Shown here piece after piece: positions 46,837 through 56,825 of a stretch of DNA of 64,000 nucleotides. The notes under the pieces were generated by a model. It was not told the DNA's origin. It saw only the letters and a program-made list of their open reading frames with translations, and did no database searches. This stretch comes from an uncultured Trueperaceae bacterium (GTDB lineage Bacteria > Deinococcota > Deinococci > Deinococcales > Trueperaceae), in NCBI GenBank assembly GCA_963727505.1, contig CAVSGP010000009.1:320001-384000 (forward strand), given 5' to 3'. Within the stretch, counting starts at the first letter, position 1; each line of letters opens with the position of its first letter. Both the position numbers and the translations under genes were made by a program.

Positions 46837-47136
46837 GTGGCCCAGGAAGGCTACGACACCCTGATGGCGCTGACCGACTCGCGGTACCGGCTGTCGATGA
46901 TCGTCGCGCGGCGCGCGGCGCAACTCAAGGCTGGTATCCCGACGACGCTCGTAGGCGACGCTGCGCCACGCACCACCAACACCGTCAGCATCGCCATGAA
47001 GGAGCTCGAGTCGACCAGCGACATCGTGTGGGGCGACGAGCTGCCCAGCGCCGACGAGCTGCGGAGGCTGGTGGAGCGACGCCCGGAGGAACCGAGCTTC
47101 GGTGTCGTCCGCCCCGAGCCGCCCGACGAGGACTAG
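46837..47136 (+). CDS. rpoZ: RNA polymerase omega subunit
   Basis: DSRYRLSMIVARRAAQL, VSIAMKEL; gmk-rpoZ-coaBC order; AGGAGG RBS. Confidence 0.93.
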   Translation: MAQEGYDTLMALTDSRYRLSMIVARRAAQLKAGIPTTLVGDAAPRTTNTVSIAMKELESTSDIVWGDELPSADELRRLVERRPEEPSFGVVRPEPPDED

Positions 47137-48334
47137 GCCCCGCCTCATCGTCGCCGCGAGCGGCGGCGTGGCGGCCATCAAGACGCCGACGCTGGTACGT
47201 CGCTTGCGCCAGGCGGGCTGTGAGGTGCGGGTGGCGGCCACGCCCGATGCCTACGCCTTCGTGACGCCGCTCTCCCTGGCGGTCGCCGCGGGGGGCGAGG
47301 TCTTCGATCGGGAACGCTGGTTCGCGGCCGACGGGCGCGTGCGCCACCTGGAGTGGGCGCGCTGGGCCGAGGGTCTGGTGGTCGCCCCGGCCACCGCCGA
47401 TGCGCTCGCGAGCGCCGCCGCGGGGCGGGCACACGACGTCATCTCGGCTCTCATCACGGCGGGCGTGCCGCGGGTGTTGTGGGCGCCCGCCATGAACCCG
47501 GCCATGTGGGGGCATCGGCCCGTGCAACGCAACGTCGAGACACTCGCCGGACTGGGGCACGCCTTCGTGGGTCCGGTCGAGGGGCCCCTGGCAGGGGCCG
47601 AGGAGGGCGAGGGTCTGGGGCGCATGGCCGAGCCGGACGCCATCGTCGCCGCCGCGCTGGGGGTCCCCTTCGACCAGGACCTGGCGGGCGTGCGCGTGCT
47701 CGTGTCCGCCGGACCGACGCGCGAGTATCTCGATCCGGTGCGCTTCCTGAGCAACCCCTCGAGTGGGAAGACGGGCTACGCGCTGGCCGAGGCCGCGCGG
47801 GCGCGCGGAGCGGAGGTAACGCTGGTGACCGGCCCCACCGACCTGCCGGACCCGCTGGGCGTGCGCGTGGAGCATGTGGTGGACGCGGACGGCATGCTCG
47901 CAGCGCTGACCGACCGCTTCGACGACAGCGACCTCCTGATCATGAGCGCCGCGGTCGGTGACTGGCGTCCCGCCGAGCGCTCGGACCGCAAGGAGCCCAA
48001 GACCGGGGGAGAGCGCTCGCTGCGCCTGGTGCGCACGCCGGACATCCTGGCGTCGCTGGCCGAGCGCCGCCGACGCCAGGTGGTCATCGGGTTCGCCATG
48101 GAGACCCACGAAGGGGTCGAGCGCGCCGCCCGCAAGGCGCGCGAGAAGGGGCTCGAGCTCATCGCGCTCAACTATCCCGCGCGCGAGGGCATCGGCTTCG
48201 GCGCCGAGGAGAACGAGGTCACCCTGGTGCAGGCAGACGGCACCTCGGAGGTCTGGGAACGCATGTCGAAGCGCGACCTGGCCGACGCCTTGCTGGATCG
48301 CGCCGCAGCGCTCCTGGCCGAGCGCGTGGAGTAG
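47102..48334 (+). CDS. coaBC: Phosphopantothenoylcysteine decarboxylase/ligase
   Basis: SGGVAA.K, APATAD, PAMN, GPTRE.LDPVRF.SN.SSGK, AAVGD, GFAMET; start uncertain. Confidence 0.95.
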   Translation: MSSAPSRPTRTRPRLIVAASGGVAAIKTPTLVRRLRQAGCEVRVAATPDAYAFVTPLSLAVAAGGEVFDRERWFAADGRVRHLEWARWAEGLVVAPATADALASAAAGRAHDVISALITAGVPRVLWAPAMNPAMWGHRPVQRNVETLAGLGHAFVGPVEGPLAGAEEGEGLGRMAEPDAIVAAALGVPFDQDLAGVRVLVSAGPTREYLDPVRFLSNPSSGKTGYALAEAARARGAEVTLVTGPTDLPDPLGVRVEHVVDADGMLAALTDRFDDSDLLIMSAAVGDWRPAERSDRKEPKTGGERSLRLVRTPDILASLAERRRRQVVIGFAMETHEGVERAARKAREKGLELIALNYPAREGIGFGAEENEVTLVQADGTSEVWERMSKRDLADALLDRAAALLAERVE

Positions 48335-48360
48335 GCCACGCGGGCGGCGATGGCGCCATG

Positions 48361-48381
48361 TATACTGAATAAATATGCCGA
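48361..48381 (+). promoter_or_regulatory. argR -10 box overlapped by an ARG-box-like operator
   Basis: TATACT at 48361 followed by TGAATAAATATGC (consensus TGAATWWWWATNCA) across the start codon; AT-rich island in a GC-rich background. Confidence 0.7.
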
Positions 48382-48833
48382 GTAAAGAGTACCGACAACG
48401 GCTGATCGCGGAGCTGGTCGAGAACGAGTTCATCTCGACGCAGGCCGAGATCGCCGAGCATCTGGCCAAGCGTGGGATCAAGGTCACGCAGGCCACGATC
48501 AGCCGTGACGTCAACGAGCTCAGGCTGGTGCGGCTGCCTGCGGGCAACGGCCAGCACCGCTACCGTTCGACGCCGCTCACCGCCCAGGAGGACGTCGTGG
48601 GCGAGCTGAGCCAGCGCTTCCGGCTGTTCGTGCGCGACCTCGATCGGGGCGAGAACATCCTGGTGATCACCACCGACGAGGGTCATGCCTCGGGGATCGC
48701 CTTCGTGATCGACAAGCTGGACCGTGACGAGATCGTCGGGACGCTCGCCGGGCAGAACACCATCCTGGTGATCGCTCGCAGCAAGGAGCGTGCCATCGAT
48801 CTGCTCGAGGAATTCGAAGCCCTGTTGGAGTGA
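48375..48833 (+). CDS. argR: Arginine repressor
   Basis: TQAE, VTQATISRD, GTLAG.NT. Confidence 0.95.
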   Translation: MPSKEYRQRLIAELVENEFISTQAEIAEHLAKRGIKVTQATISRDVNELRLVRLPAGNGQHRYRSTPLTAQEDVVGELSQRFRLFVRDLDRGENILVITTDEGHASGIAFVIDKLDRDEIVGTLAGQNTILVIARSKERAIDLLEEFEALLE

Positions 48834-48928
48834 CGCTGCGGGCCCGGCCCCGCGGCTGCCGAACGGACCTCCGAACGTCACGGAGCCCGGCGCACGCGTG
48901 CTAGCCTGAGCGCCCATAGGAGGCCCGC

Positions 48929-51226
48929 ATGCGCAGGTGGTTGCTCGTCCTCTTGATCCTGTTCTCGAGCGCCGGCGCGATGGCGTCGAGCGTCGTCGTG
49001 TACCCCTTCGACAGCCAGGACACGCTGCTGGGCGTCGCTGTGGCGGACCGCGTGGCGGCCGCCTTCGAGGGCCGTGCCACGGTCGTCGGTCCCGACGTGG
49101 CGCCGGGACTCCTGCCCCCGTTGGTCGCCCAGGGCGGCTTCGTCAATCTGGTCACGCTCATCGGCCCCAACGCCATGACCGGTCCTAGCGGCGCTGCCCT
49201 GATCCGTGGGGCGACCGGCGCGGACGTTGCTGTCACGGGCAGCATCGCCATCACCGATCAGGGGTACGAGCTGTCGCTCGAGATCGCCTCGTCGTCGGGC
49301 TCCCGCCGGGTCAGCATCGACGCTCCCAAGGACGCACCCGGGCTCCTCGCCCGGGAAGCCGCGGGCTCGGTCGCGCTGGCGCTCGGCGTCGACGTGCCGA
49401 AGGTCGACACGACCCTCGACCTGTCCGGCGATTTCGGCCAGTACGTGCGCGCGCTTACGCTGGTGTCCGCGGGGCTGCCACAGGACGCCAGCAACCTGCT
49501 GTCGCAACTGGCCCGGCAGGGACCCCTGACGGCACGGGCGCAGCGCCTCGCCGATGATCTCGATGCCCTGCTCGGAAACGGCTCCGGCAAGGACCCCCTT
49601 CGCATGGCGGTCGCTTCGCTGAGCGTGTCGCAGCTCGACGAGGCACGCAGTGTGGACCTGTTCCAGAAGGCGCTCGCAGCCACCGGTCTGCCTGTGGCGC
49701 AGGTGTGGATCGGCGCGCTCGACAGCAACGTCAACGACAAACAGGGCGCGACGGCGGCGTTCGACGGGGCCGCGCAACGCTACCCCTTCGGCCAGGCCGC
49801 CCGTGCGGCCTACCGCAACGATCGCGGGATCGACGGGGCGGCGGCCGATGTCGACGCCGTGCTGGCGAGAACCGCGAACGGCGGAGCGGAGCCCGCCTCG
49901 CTGCTGGCCGCGTCCGTGGTCGCCCAGCAGGCGAAGCTGGTCGAACGCGAGAAGCATGCGCTCCAGGCGTTGAGTCACGCGGCCCCCTACCTCCCCTACA
50001 GCTTCGAGCGGCTGTCCTATATCGCGTTCGACCAGGACCAGCCCCTGGCCGCGGCGGAGGCGCTCCGGGTGGCGGTCGATCTCGACCCCGGGAACGCGCT
50101 GTACTGGACCAACCTCGGTTGGTCGTACTATCTGCTCGGCTTCTTCGACCGCAGCCGCCAGGCGTCTCAGAAGGCGCTCGGCCTCGACGCCAGCCAGTCG
50201 ATCGCGGCGTACAACCTTGGGCTCGTGGAGGTCGCCACGGGCCACCTCGAAGCGGGCCTGTCGGACTACACGACCGCCCTGCGTGTGGACCCGAAGGTGG
50301 ACCAGGAGGCGATCCACGACCTCGAGCGCGCCCGCGCCCGGTTCCCCGACCAGCCGGACGTCCACTTCGCCCTGGCACGCCTCTACGAAGCGGACGGCCA
50401 GCGAGTGGAGGCGCGCCGGGCCTACCAGGCCTACCTCGACGCCACGACCGCAGGCGCTCCGCTCCGTTCCGAGGCGGAGCACCGGGTGACGGTCCTCAGC
50501 GCCCCGCCCCCGCCCATGGAGCTGAACGGGGCGGTGAAGCTCACGCTCGGCCTACGGGGCTCCGAGGCATCGCCCTACCACCCCGGTGACTCGGTCTACC
50601 CGAGCTTCGAGCTCAGCACGTCCGGCGACGCTCTTCCCCGGCAGGTGAACGTGCGCTACCGGCTGCTCGGGGGGGACGGCGCCGCCCTGACGACGGTCGC
50701 CGAGCAGGTCAGCATCCCACGCAACGCGGTGGGGTTCGTGGTCGACGGTCTGGCGCTGACGCTGCCGAGCGACTTGAGCGCGGGCACCTTCGGGCTGGAG
50801 ATCGAGGCAACGTCGGCCGACGGTAGGAGTGTGACGGCGGAGTCCGAGATCGAGGTGGCCGGCGGTCCGGTGGTGTTGCGTCAGCTCGTCGGTCGTGGCG
50901 TCGGCATGACGTCGCTCGATACCGGCGCCGCGCTGTACGGGGGGGCCGACCTGAGCCACCCCGGTGTGTTGACGGATATCCTCGTGCAGGAGCTGCGGGC
51001 GACCGCCAACGAGGCCGAGCAGGCGCTCCCGAAGGCGACGGTTGGACGGTTCAAGGGACTGTCCGGATCCCAGGTCTTCCAGAAGAGCACGGCCCAGGAC
51101 GTGGCCGACTTCCTGCACTACCTGCTGGCATCGGGCGCCCACGATACCTCGTTCACTTTCGTGGACGCGTACGCACAGTGGGTGCTTGACGGAACACCGT
51201 CCGAGCCCAAGCCGAGTGCGCAATAG
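48929..51226 (+). CDS. Large exported TPR protein (CsgG/TolB-N-like N-terminus, TPRs, beta-rich C-terminal domain)
   Basis: Signal peptide; VVVYPF...GADVAVTGSI; TPR motifs YWTNLGWSY, AAYNLGL, VHFALARLY. Confidence 0.8.
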   Translation: MRRWLLVLLILFSSAGAMASSVVVYPFDSQDTLLGVAVADRVAAAFEGRATVVGPDVAPGLLPPLVAQGGFVNLVTLIGPNAMTGPSGAALIRGATGADVAVTGSIAITDQGYELSLEIASSSGSRRVSIDAPKDAPGLLAREAAGSVALALGVDVPKVDTTLDLSGDFGQYVRALTLVSAGLPQDASNLLSQLARQGPLTARAQRLADDLDALLGNGSGKDPLRMAVASLSVSQLDEARSVDLFQKALAATGLPVAQVWIGALDSNVNDKQGATAAFDGAAQRYPFGQAARAAYRNDRGIDGAAADVDAVLARTANGGAEPASLLAASVVAQQAKLVEREKHALQALSHAAPYLPYSFERLSYIAFDQDQPLAAAEALRVAVDLDPGNALYWTNLGWSYYLLGFFDRSRQASQKALGLDASQSIAAYNLGLVEVATGHLEAGLSDYTTALRVDPKVDQEAIHDLERARARFPDQPDVHFALARLYEADGQRVEARRAYQAYLDATTAGAPLRSEAEHRVTVLSAPPPPMELNGAVKLTLGLRGSEASPYHPGDSVYPSFELSTSGDALPRQVNVRYRLLGGDGAALTTVAEQVSIPRNAVGFVVDGLALTLPSDLSAGTFGLEIEATSADGRSVTAESEIEVAGGPVVLRQLVGRGVGMTSLDTGAALYGGADLSHPGVLTDILVQELRATANEAEQALPKATVGRFKGLSGSQVFQKSTAQDVADFLHYLLASGAHDTSFTFVDAYAQWVLDGTPSEPKPSAQ

Positions 51227-51279
51227 CGGCGCAGTAGGTGTGCTGTAGCAGCCCTGCAGCCGCGCGGACGCGACGCGAA

Positions 51280-51311
51280 CGGGCAGCTTCCCCGGCCGGG
51301 GAAGCTGCCCG
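51280..51311. terminator. Perfect 32-bp palindrome between convergent genes
   Basis: CGGGCAGCTTCCCCGG|CCGGGGAAGCTGCCCG. Confidence 0.65.
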
Positions 51312-51349
51312 CGATGGTGCAACGCCGGTAGAGTCCGGCACCCGGACGT

Positions 51350-52744
51350 TCAGCCGAGCAGACGCCCGAAGATGCGGAAACCCGCCAGGTACGTCCCGAT
51401 CGCCGAGCCGAGCGTGGCGAAGAGGAACACCAGGAAGGTGCGGGCCACGCGGTTGCGCCACCAGCCGCGAACCGTGGTGACGTCCTGTCGCAGCGTCGTG
51501 AAGTCGCCGATGTTGGGCTTGCGCAGCCACAGCTCCACCCCGGCCGCCACGAAGCCCGCCCCCACCAGGGGATTGAGCGACGTGAGCGGCGCCGCGAGCG
51601 CGGTCGCCACGATGGTCACGGGGTGCGCCAGCGCGATGAGGGCGCCGACAGCGGCGAGCCCGCCGTTGATCACGACCCAGTCGGCCAGCAGCGACAGGCC
51701 CAGCGAGGGGCTCCGCGCGAAGCCGAGCGCGAACCCGACCAGGACCACGGCCACGATGAGCCAGGGAACGATCTTGCCCCAGCGGCGGCCGCGGGGGACC
51801 TGGGCCAGCGCAGCGATGCGCTCGTCCGCCCCCTCCTGTGGGGGCTTCCGCAGCGTCTCGGCCACGCCCTGCAGGTGGCCGGCACCGAGCACCACGAGGA
51901 CGTTCGGGCGGCGTTCGGCATCCGCGAGCGCGGCCGCCTCGATCTCGAGACGGGCGGCGATGTAGTGGTCGCGTTCGGTGATCAGCGGTAGGTAGAGGCG
52001 CTCGCTGCGTTCGGCGAACTCGGTGAACGTCGCCTCGAGCATGTCGCCTTCCTTGAGGCGCTCGATCTCCTCCTCGCTGATCTCCTCGCGACTGAGGACG
52101 CTCGCGGCCAACCCCGCCAGGAGCGTCAGTCGTTGCCACCAGGGGACGTTGGCGTAGACGCGGCGCAGCGTCACGCCGATGTCGCGGTCAACCAGTTGCA
52201 GCGGAACGCCCGCGTCGCGCGCACCCTCGATGGCGGCCTTCATCTCGGCGCCGGGCTCGATGCCGAGCTGGTCCGCGAGCCGCTGCTGGAACGCGCCCAA
52301 CGCCAGGTTGGCCGCGACCATGCCGGCCTTGCCCTCACGGAAGACGCGGAACAGGTCCATCTTGGCCCAGCGGTCGGAGTCGGTCATGGCCGCGAAGCGG
52401 CCCGGGTCGAGCTCGATCGCCACGGCGTCGAAGCGGCCGCTGCGGGCCAGCGCGGCGACGACCTCCGCGCTGGAGCGCGACACGTGCGCCGTTCCCAGCA
52501 ACGTGAAGCGCACGCCGTGGGCGTCGACTTCCTGCACCGGCTGATCCCCCACGATGGCGCCGAGGCCGTCCGACACACCGGGGTCGGTCGCGTCTGTTTC
52601 CTTCGCGTTCGCGTTGCTCGCTGCGCGGTCGCCGCGGATCTCGCCGTCGGGAGCGGCAGCGGCTGGCGTATCTCCAGGAGCGTCGTCCTCGCGTGCGGCA
52701 TCGTGCGGTCCGGCGTCGGGACCGCCATCGGATCGAAGCGTCAT
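51350..52744 (-). CDS. TraB/PrgY/GumN family membrane protein
   Basis: LLGTAHVS, IELD..R, PGAEM, DRDI..TL.R, ERD, GAGH, C-terminal TMs. Confidence 0.92.
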   Translation of the reverse strand: MTLRSDGGPDAGPHDAAREDDAPGDTPAAAAPDGEIRGDRAASNANAKETDATDPGVSDGLGAIVGDQPVQEVDAHGVRFTLLGTAHVSRSSAEVVAALARSGRFDAVAIELDPGRFAAMTDSDRWAKMDLFRVFREGKAGMVAANLALGAFQQRLADQLGIEPGAEMKAAIEGARDAGVPLQLVDRDIGVTLRRVYANVPWWQRLTLLAGLAASVLSREEISEEEIERLKEGDMLEATFTEFAERSERLYLPLITERDHYIAARLEIEAAALADAERRPNVLVVLGAGHLQGVAETLRKPPQEGADERIAALAQVPRGRRWGKIVPWLIVAVVLVGFALGFARSPSLGLSLLADWVVINGGLAAVGALIALAHPVTIVATALAAPLTSLNPLVGAGFVAAGVELWLRKPNIGDFTTLRQDVTTVRGWWRNRVARTFLVFLFATLGSAIGTYLAGFRIFGRLLG

Positions 52745-52817
52745 GGCGCGAGTGTACCCAACCGCAACGCCTGCAGCGCCATCCGACGGGACAGCGCCCC
52801 CCGACGGTGCCCGCGAA

Positions 52818-53858
52818 TCACGGCCGCGTCAAACGGCGTAGCGCGCTGATCTGCTCCACCGTCGCCATCACGAGCAGCCGGTCGCCGGTCTCGAGCACGA
52901 ACTCCGACTCCGGGTTCGGATGCGTGTCGTGGCCGCGGAAGACGGCCAGCACGCTTGCCCCGGTGCGCTGGCGCAGGTCGAGCTGCCGCAGCGTGCGGCC
53001 GGCGAGCTCGCTGCCCTCGGCCACCAGTTCCTCCTCGATGGAGAGCTCGCCTCTGCGCTCGCGCAGCGTGCCGTGCAGGAAGTCGACGGTGGCCGGACGC
53101 ACCACGGTGTTGGCGAGGCGCCGGCCCCCCAGCGTGTAGAGGTCGATGGCGCGGTCGGCGCCCGCCCGCTCCAGCTTCCGGACGGCGGCGGCGTCGTCGG
53201 CGCGCGCGACGATCGTCAGCTCGGCGTTGAGCGAACGCGCTGTCATCACCACGAAGGCGTTGGTGGCGTCGCTGTTCGTCGCCACCACCAGACCGCGGGC
53301 GCGTGCCAGGCCGGCTTCGAGCAGCACTTCCTCCTCGTCGCCATCGCCGATGACGAAGGGCACGCCGGCTTCGTGCAGAGCGCCAGCGACGGCGGGATCG
53401 GAGTCGACCACCACGTACGGCACGTGCTCGTGCGCCAGCTCCTCGGTCGAGCGCCGGCCCATGCGCCCGTAGCCGACCACCACGACGTGGCCGCTCATGG
53501 CCGCGATGCGTTGTCTCATCGTTCTCCTCCCCAGCGGGTCGCGCACCTGCTGTGCCACCAGGAACTCCATCACGGCCGCCAACAGGTAGAAGAGGCTGCC
53601 GATGCCGGCCACGGCGACCACGATGGCCACCACCCGCCCGACGGTGCCGAGCGGGTAGAGCTCGGCGTAGCCCACCGTCGTGACCGTGATGAACGTCATG
53701 TAGAGCGCGTCCATCCAGGAGGCCCCGAAGGGCCACCAGGTCACCTTGAAGGCGACCGTTCCGAGCAGCACCACGCCCCCGAAGAGCACCAGCGGGGTAC
53801 GGACGCGCGCCAGGAAGCGCCACCAGTCGGCCGTGCCCCCCACCGTGGGCGGCTTCAT
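52818..53858 (-). CDS. Potassium channel family protein (2TM pore plus RCK/TrkA-N and TrkA-C domains)
   Basis: DALYMTFITVTTVGY, VVGYGRMG, GDG, N.F, TGASVLAV; start uncertain (53858 or 53912). Confidence 0.9.
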   Translation of the reverse strand: MKPPTVGGTADWWRFLARVRTPLVLFGGVVLLGTVAFKVTWWPFGASWMDALYMTFITVTTVGYAELYPLGTVGRVVAIVVAVAGIGSLFYLLAAVMEFLVAQQVRDPLGRRTMRQRIAAMSGHVVVVGYGRMGRRSTEELAHEHVPYVVVDSDPAVAGALHEAGVPFVIGDGDEEEVLLEAGLARARGLVVATNSDATNAFVVMTARSLNAELTIVARADDAAAVRKLERAGADRAIDLYTLGGRRLANTVVRPATVDFLHGTLRERRGELSIEEELVAEGSELAGRTLRQLDLRQRTGASVLAVFRGHDTHPNPESEFVLETGDRLLVMATVEQISALRRLTRP

Positions 53859-54005
53859 CGACGGAGACGAAGCAGGAGCGACGCGGGAGCGGACCTCGGC
53901 TCGCGGTGACAACGCACGGAACGACGGTGCGGGACGGACGGCCTCACGGGACCAGTATGGCAGGCGGGATGGGGCCGCCGCATGCGAAGCCGTGCCGGGG
54001 CGCCC

Positions 54006-54551
54006 TCAGGGCACCACGTCTTCGGACCGCCACCCCACTCCTTCGAGCGTCCAGATTCGGCGGCGCAACGGGGGGCCCAGCTCCAGGCGATCGCAGCGTT
54101 CCGGCGCCAGGCGCACCACCGCGAAGGCGGCCGGGGCCGGATCGTCGAGCGCGGGCACCGGCGGTTCCGTCGCGGAGACGGTGTGCAGGGGGACGCCGGG
54201 CTCTTCGGAGAAGAACAGCGCGCGGGTGTCGAGCGGTAGCGCGGTCCACACGGCGAGGGCGTGGGCGTCGTCGGCGCCGTGCAGGCGGGCTCGACCGAGC
54301 AGCCGGAGCTGTACGCCGACCTCGGGGCGCCACAGGCAGAGCTCGAGCCAGCCTCCGTTTCCCAATGGCGCCATCTTGGCGCTGCGTGCGTCGCTCGCGA
54401 ACGAGGGCGAGCCGTCCGCCCCCAGGTCGCGCAGCACCACGGTACGTACCTCGGGCCGACCGGCGGCCGAGACGGTGGCCGCCTGCGCCAGTGGGCGGCC
54501 GTGCGCCGCTTCGAACGCAGCCAGCAGATGGGGAAGGAACGGGGGCTTCAC
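54006..54551 (-). CDS. Pyridoxamine 5'-phosphate oxidase-like FMN-binding protein
   Basis: ATV..GRP.VRTVVLR, DARSAK, QLRL.G, D.LEL. Confidence 0.82.
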   Translation of the reverse strand: MKPPFLPHLLAAFEAAHGRPLAQAATVSAAGRPEVRTVVLRDLGADGSPSFASDARSAKMAPLGNGGWLELCLWRPEVGVQLRLLGRARLHGADDAHALAVWTALPLDTRALFFSEEPGVPLHTVSATEPPVPALDDPAPAAFAVVRLAPERCDRLELGPPLRRRIWTLEGVGWRSEDVVP

Positions 54552-54659
54552 GCTCGTCAGTGTCGCCCCCGGGCGCTCCGGTCGGCAAGGGACGACCCGC
54601 CCGGACGGGCCGCGGCGCCCGGAGGCCCGGCAGCCGGCCGCGACCGCCTACAATGGGGC

Positions 54660-54941
54660 ATGTCGAAGAAGAACCAACGACGCAAGGCCGAGCGCCGCAG
54701 CGTCGAAGATGCTCGCAAGATCACCGTGGGCAAGATGGTGCGGCTGTTGCTCAAGTCTCTCGTGTTCGCCGTCCTGCTCACGGCTGTCGTGATGATCCTG
54801 ACGATGCTGGGCGTGCCGGGGCTGGGCAGCTTCTGGGTCCAGATGCTGCTGGTGTTCGGCGCCTACTTGCTGGTCTACCCGATCCTGATGAGCGAGTTCC
54901 GGCCGGGCAAGAAGCGAAGGGACGTCGAGGAGGAGGCGTGA
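54660..54941 (+). CDS. Small 2-TM membrane protein (93 aa)
   Basis: MSKKNQRRK... with two hydrophobic helices; TACAAT 5 nt upstream; GTGA overlap with the kinase gene. Confidence 0.8.
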   Translation: MSKKNQRRKAERRSVEDARKITVGKMVRLLLKSLVFAVLLTAVVMILTMLGVPGLGSFWVQMLLVFGAYLLVYPILMSEFRPGKKRRDVEEEA

Positions 54942-56764
54942 TCCGCAGCGCCGGGGACGCGCCGCGCACCGAACATCCCGGCAGCCTCTACGATCAGGTC
55001 CGGCTGGCGAGGCTGTGGCTCCCGCTCACCATCGTCGGCGTGGTGCTGCTCCACCAGCTGGTGGTCGTGCCGCTGGGCGGCGAACGCTACCAGTTCTGGG
55101 CGCAGTTGCTTTTCTACAGCATCCTCGGTCCGCTCGCCACCTTCGCGACCCTCAACTGGATCGCCACCGAGGTCCGCCTGCGCGAGCAAGCGCAGGACGA
55201 GCTGGCCCGCCTGTTCGATCAACTTCGCAGCAGCCACGAGTTGCTCACCGCCATCCAGCAGGTCACCGAGCAGTTCGCGGCAGCGACCGACCTGGAGGCG
55301 GCGCTCACGGCGGCGTCGCGCGGCATCCGCGACGTCACCGGCGCGTCGGCGGTGGCGGTGCTGGTGGGCCCGACCGATCTCGGGGTCACCAGTGGGGCGG
55401 GCCTGACGCCCGAGTACGAGCGCGACGCGCTGGAGCGCGATCGCGGCTTGAGAGCGCGTCAGCGGCGCGGCGAGCGGACCCGCATCGGCGACCGCGAGGG
55501 CTGGGTGCTCACGATCCCGCTCACCTGGGGCGGGAACCTGGAGGGGTCGCTGCACGCCTACTACGACCTGGACCCCGACGACCGACAGCGCGAGGCCTTC
55601 TCGATCCTCGCCTCCGAGTTCTCCGCCGCGGCCGAGGCGACGCGTAGCCGCACCCGCGACCTGATGACGCTGTTCGACGTCGATCGCTCGATCCGCGCCG
55701 AGGGCAACCTCGAACGTCTCCTGCACACACTGCTCGCGCAGATGATGTGGCGTGTGGAGGCGCGTACCGGCGGTGTCTACCTGTTCGACGAGGGCAACCT
55801 GCTGCAGTTGCGTTCGGCCGAGGGCGCGGCCCAGACGGGCATCAGCGTTCCGGTGCGCCTCGGCGAGGGCCTGGTCGGGCGTAGCGCCCAGTCGCGCGAG
55901 CCGCGCATCGTCAGCCGTCTCTCGGATGCCGACCGTGCCGAAGGCGGTCCGCTGCTCGCCCGGGCGGGCAGCGCGGCGACGTTGCCCGTCTACGCCGAGG
56001 ACGGTCTGCTGGGAGTCGTGCTGCTCACCCACTCCGATCCCGATCACTTCGATGCCGCCAACCTGCCCTTCCTGGGGTTGCTCGCGAACCAGGTGAGCCT
56101 GGCGGTGCGCAACGCCAATGCCTACCTCCACTCCGAGGAGCTCGCGATCGCCGAGGAGCGCGCGCGCATCGCCCGCGAGATCCACGACGGCGTGGCGCAG
56201 TCGCTCGCCTTCGCAGCGCTCAAGCTCGACCTGGTGGCGCGGCTGATGGTGCGCGACCCGGCCAAGGCGGTGGGCGAGCTCGATGCCGCCAAGGACACCG
56301 TGCGTGAAACGATCAAGGAGGTGCGTCGGAGCATCTTCGCGCTCCGGCCCGTCGACCTGGAGCGCCACGGGTTCGTGGAGACCGTGCGGCGCTACGCCAT
56401 CGACTTCGGGCAGCAGAACGACGTCCACGTGCGGCTCGAGCTCGGCGAGCTGCCGGAACTCGGCATCAAGTCGGAGGCGGTGCTGTTCCGCATCTTCCAG
56501 GAGGCGATGAACAACGTCGCCAAGCACGCCGCGGCGCGCACCGTCGATGTCCGGGTCGGCGCCGACGGTGGACGCATGGCCTACATCCGTGTCGAGGACG
56601 ATGGCAGGGGATTCGATCCCGTGCAGGTGGGCGACCGCGTCACCAGCGCCGGGGGCCTGGGGCTGCGTCAGATGCGCGAGCGCGTGCAGGCGCGCGGTGG
56701 CCGCTTCGAGATCGAGAGCGAGCCGGGCCGCGGGACGCGCGTGCTGGCGGCGGTGCCCGAGTAG
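54938..56764 (+). CDS. Sensor histidine kinase (2 TM, GAF domains, HisKA_3, HATPase)
   Basis: EERARIAREIHDGVAQ, QEAMNNVAKH, DDGRGF, GLGL..MRER, PGRGT. Confidence 0.95.
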   Translation: MIRSAGDAPRTEHPGSLYDQVRLARLWLPLTIVGVVLLHQLVVVPLGGERYQFWAQLLFYSILGPLATFATLNWIATEVRLREQAQDELARLFDQLRSSHELLTAIQQVTEQFAAATDLEAALTAASRGIRDVTGASAVAVLVGPTDLGVTSGAGLTPEYERDALERDRGLRARQRRGERTRIGDREGWVLTIPLTWGGNLEGSLHAYYDLDPDDRQREAFSILASEFSAAAEATRSRTRDLMTLFDVDRSIRAEGNLERLLHTLLAQMMWRVEARTGGVYLFDEGNLLQLRSAEGAAQTGISVPVRLGEGLVGRSAQSREPRIVSRLSDADRAEGGPLLARAGSAATLPVYAEDGLLGVVLLTHSDPDHFDAANLPFLGLLANQVSLAVRNANAYLHSEELAIAEERARIAREIHDGVAQSLAFAALKLDLVARLMVRDPAKAVGELDAAKDTVRETIKEVRRSIFALRPVDLERHGFVETVRRYAIDFGQQNDVHVRLELGELPELGIKSEAVLFRIFQEAMNNVAKHAAARTVDVRVGADGGRMAYIRVEDDGRGFDPVQVGDRVTSAGGLGLRQMRERVQARGGRFEIESEPGRGTRVLAAVPE

Positions 56765-56825
56765 CACCACCAACGACCGCGGCCGCCTCGAGGGCGGCCG
56801 CTTCCAGCGGTCTCGTGAACGGGGG

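Noticed and set aside
53906..54937. 952-aa version of the histidine kinase
   Set aside because: The extension overlaps two other genes; AGGAGG directly precedes GTG at 54938.
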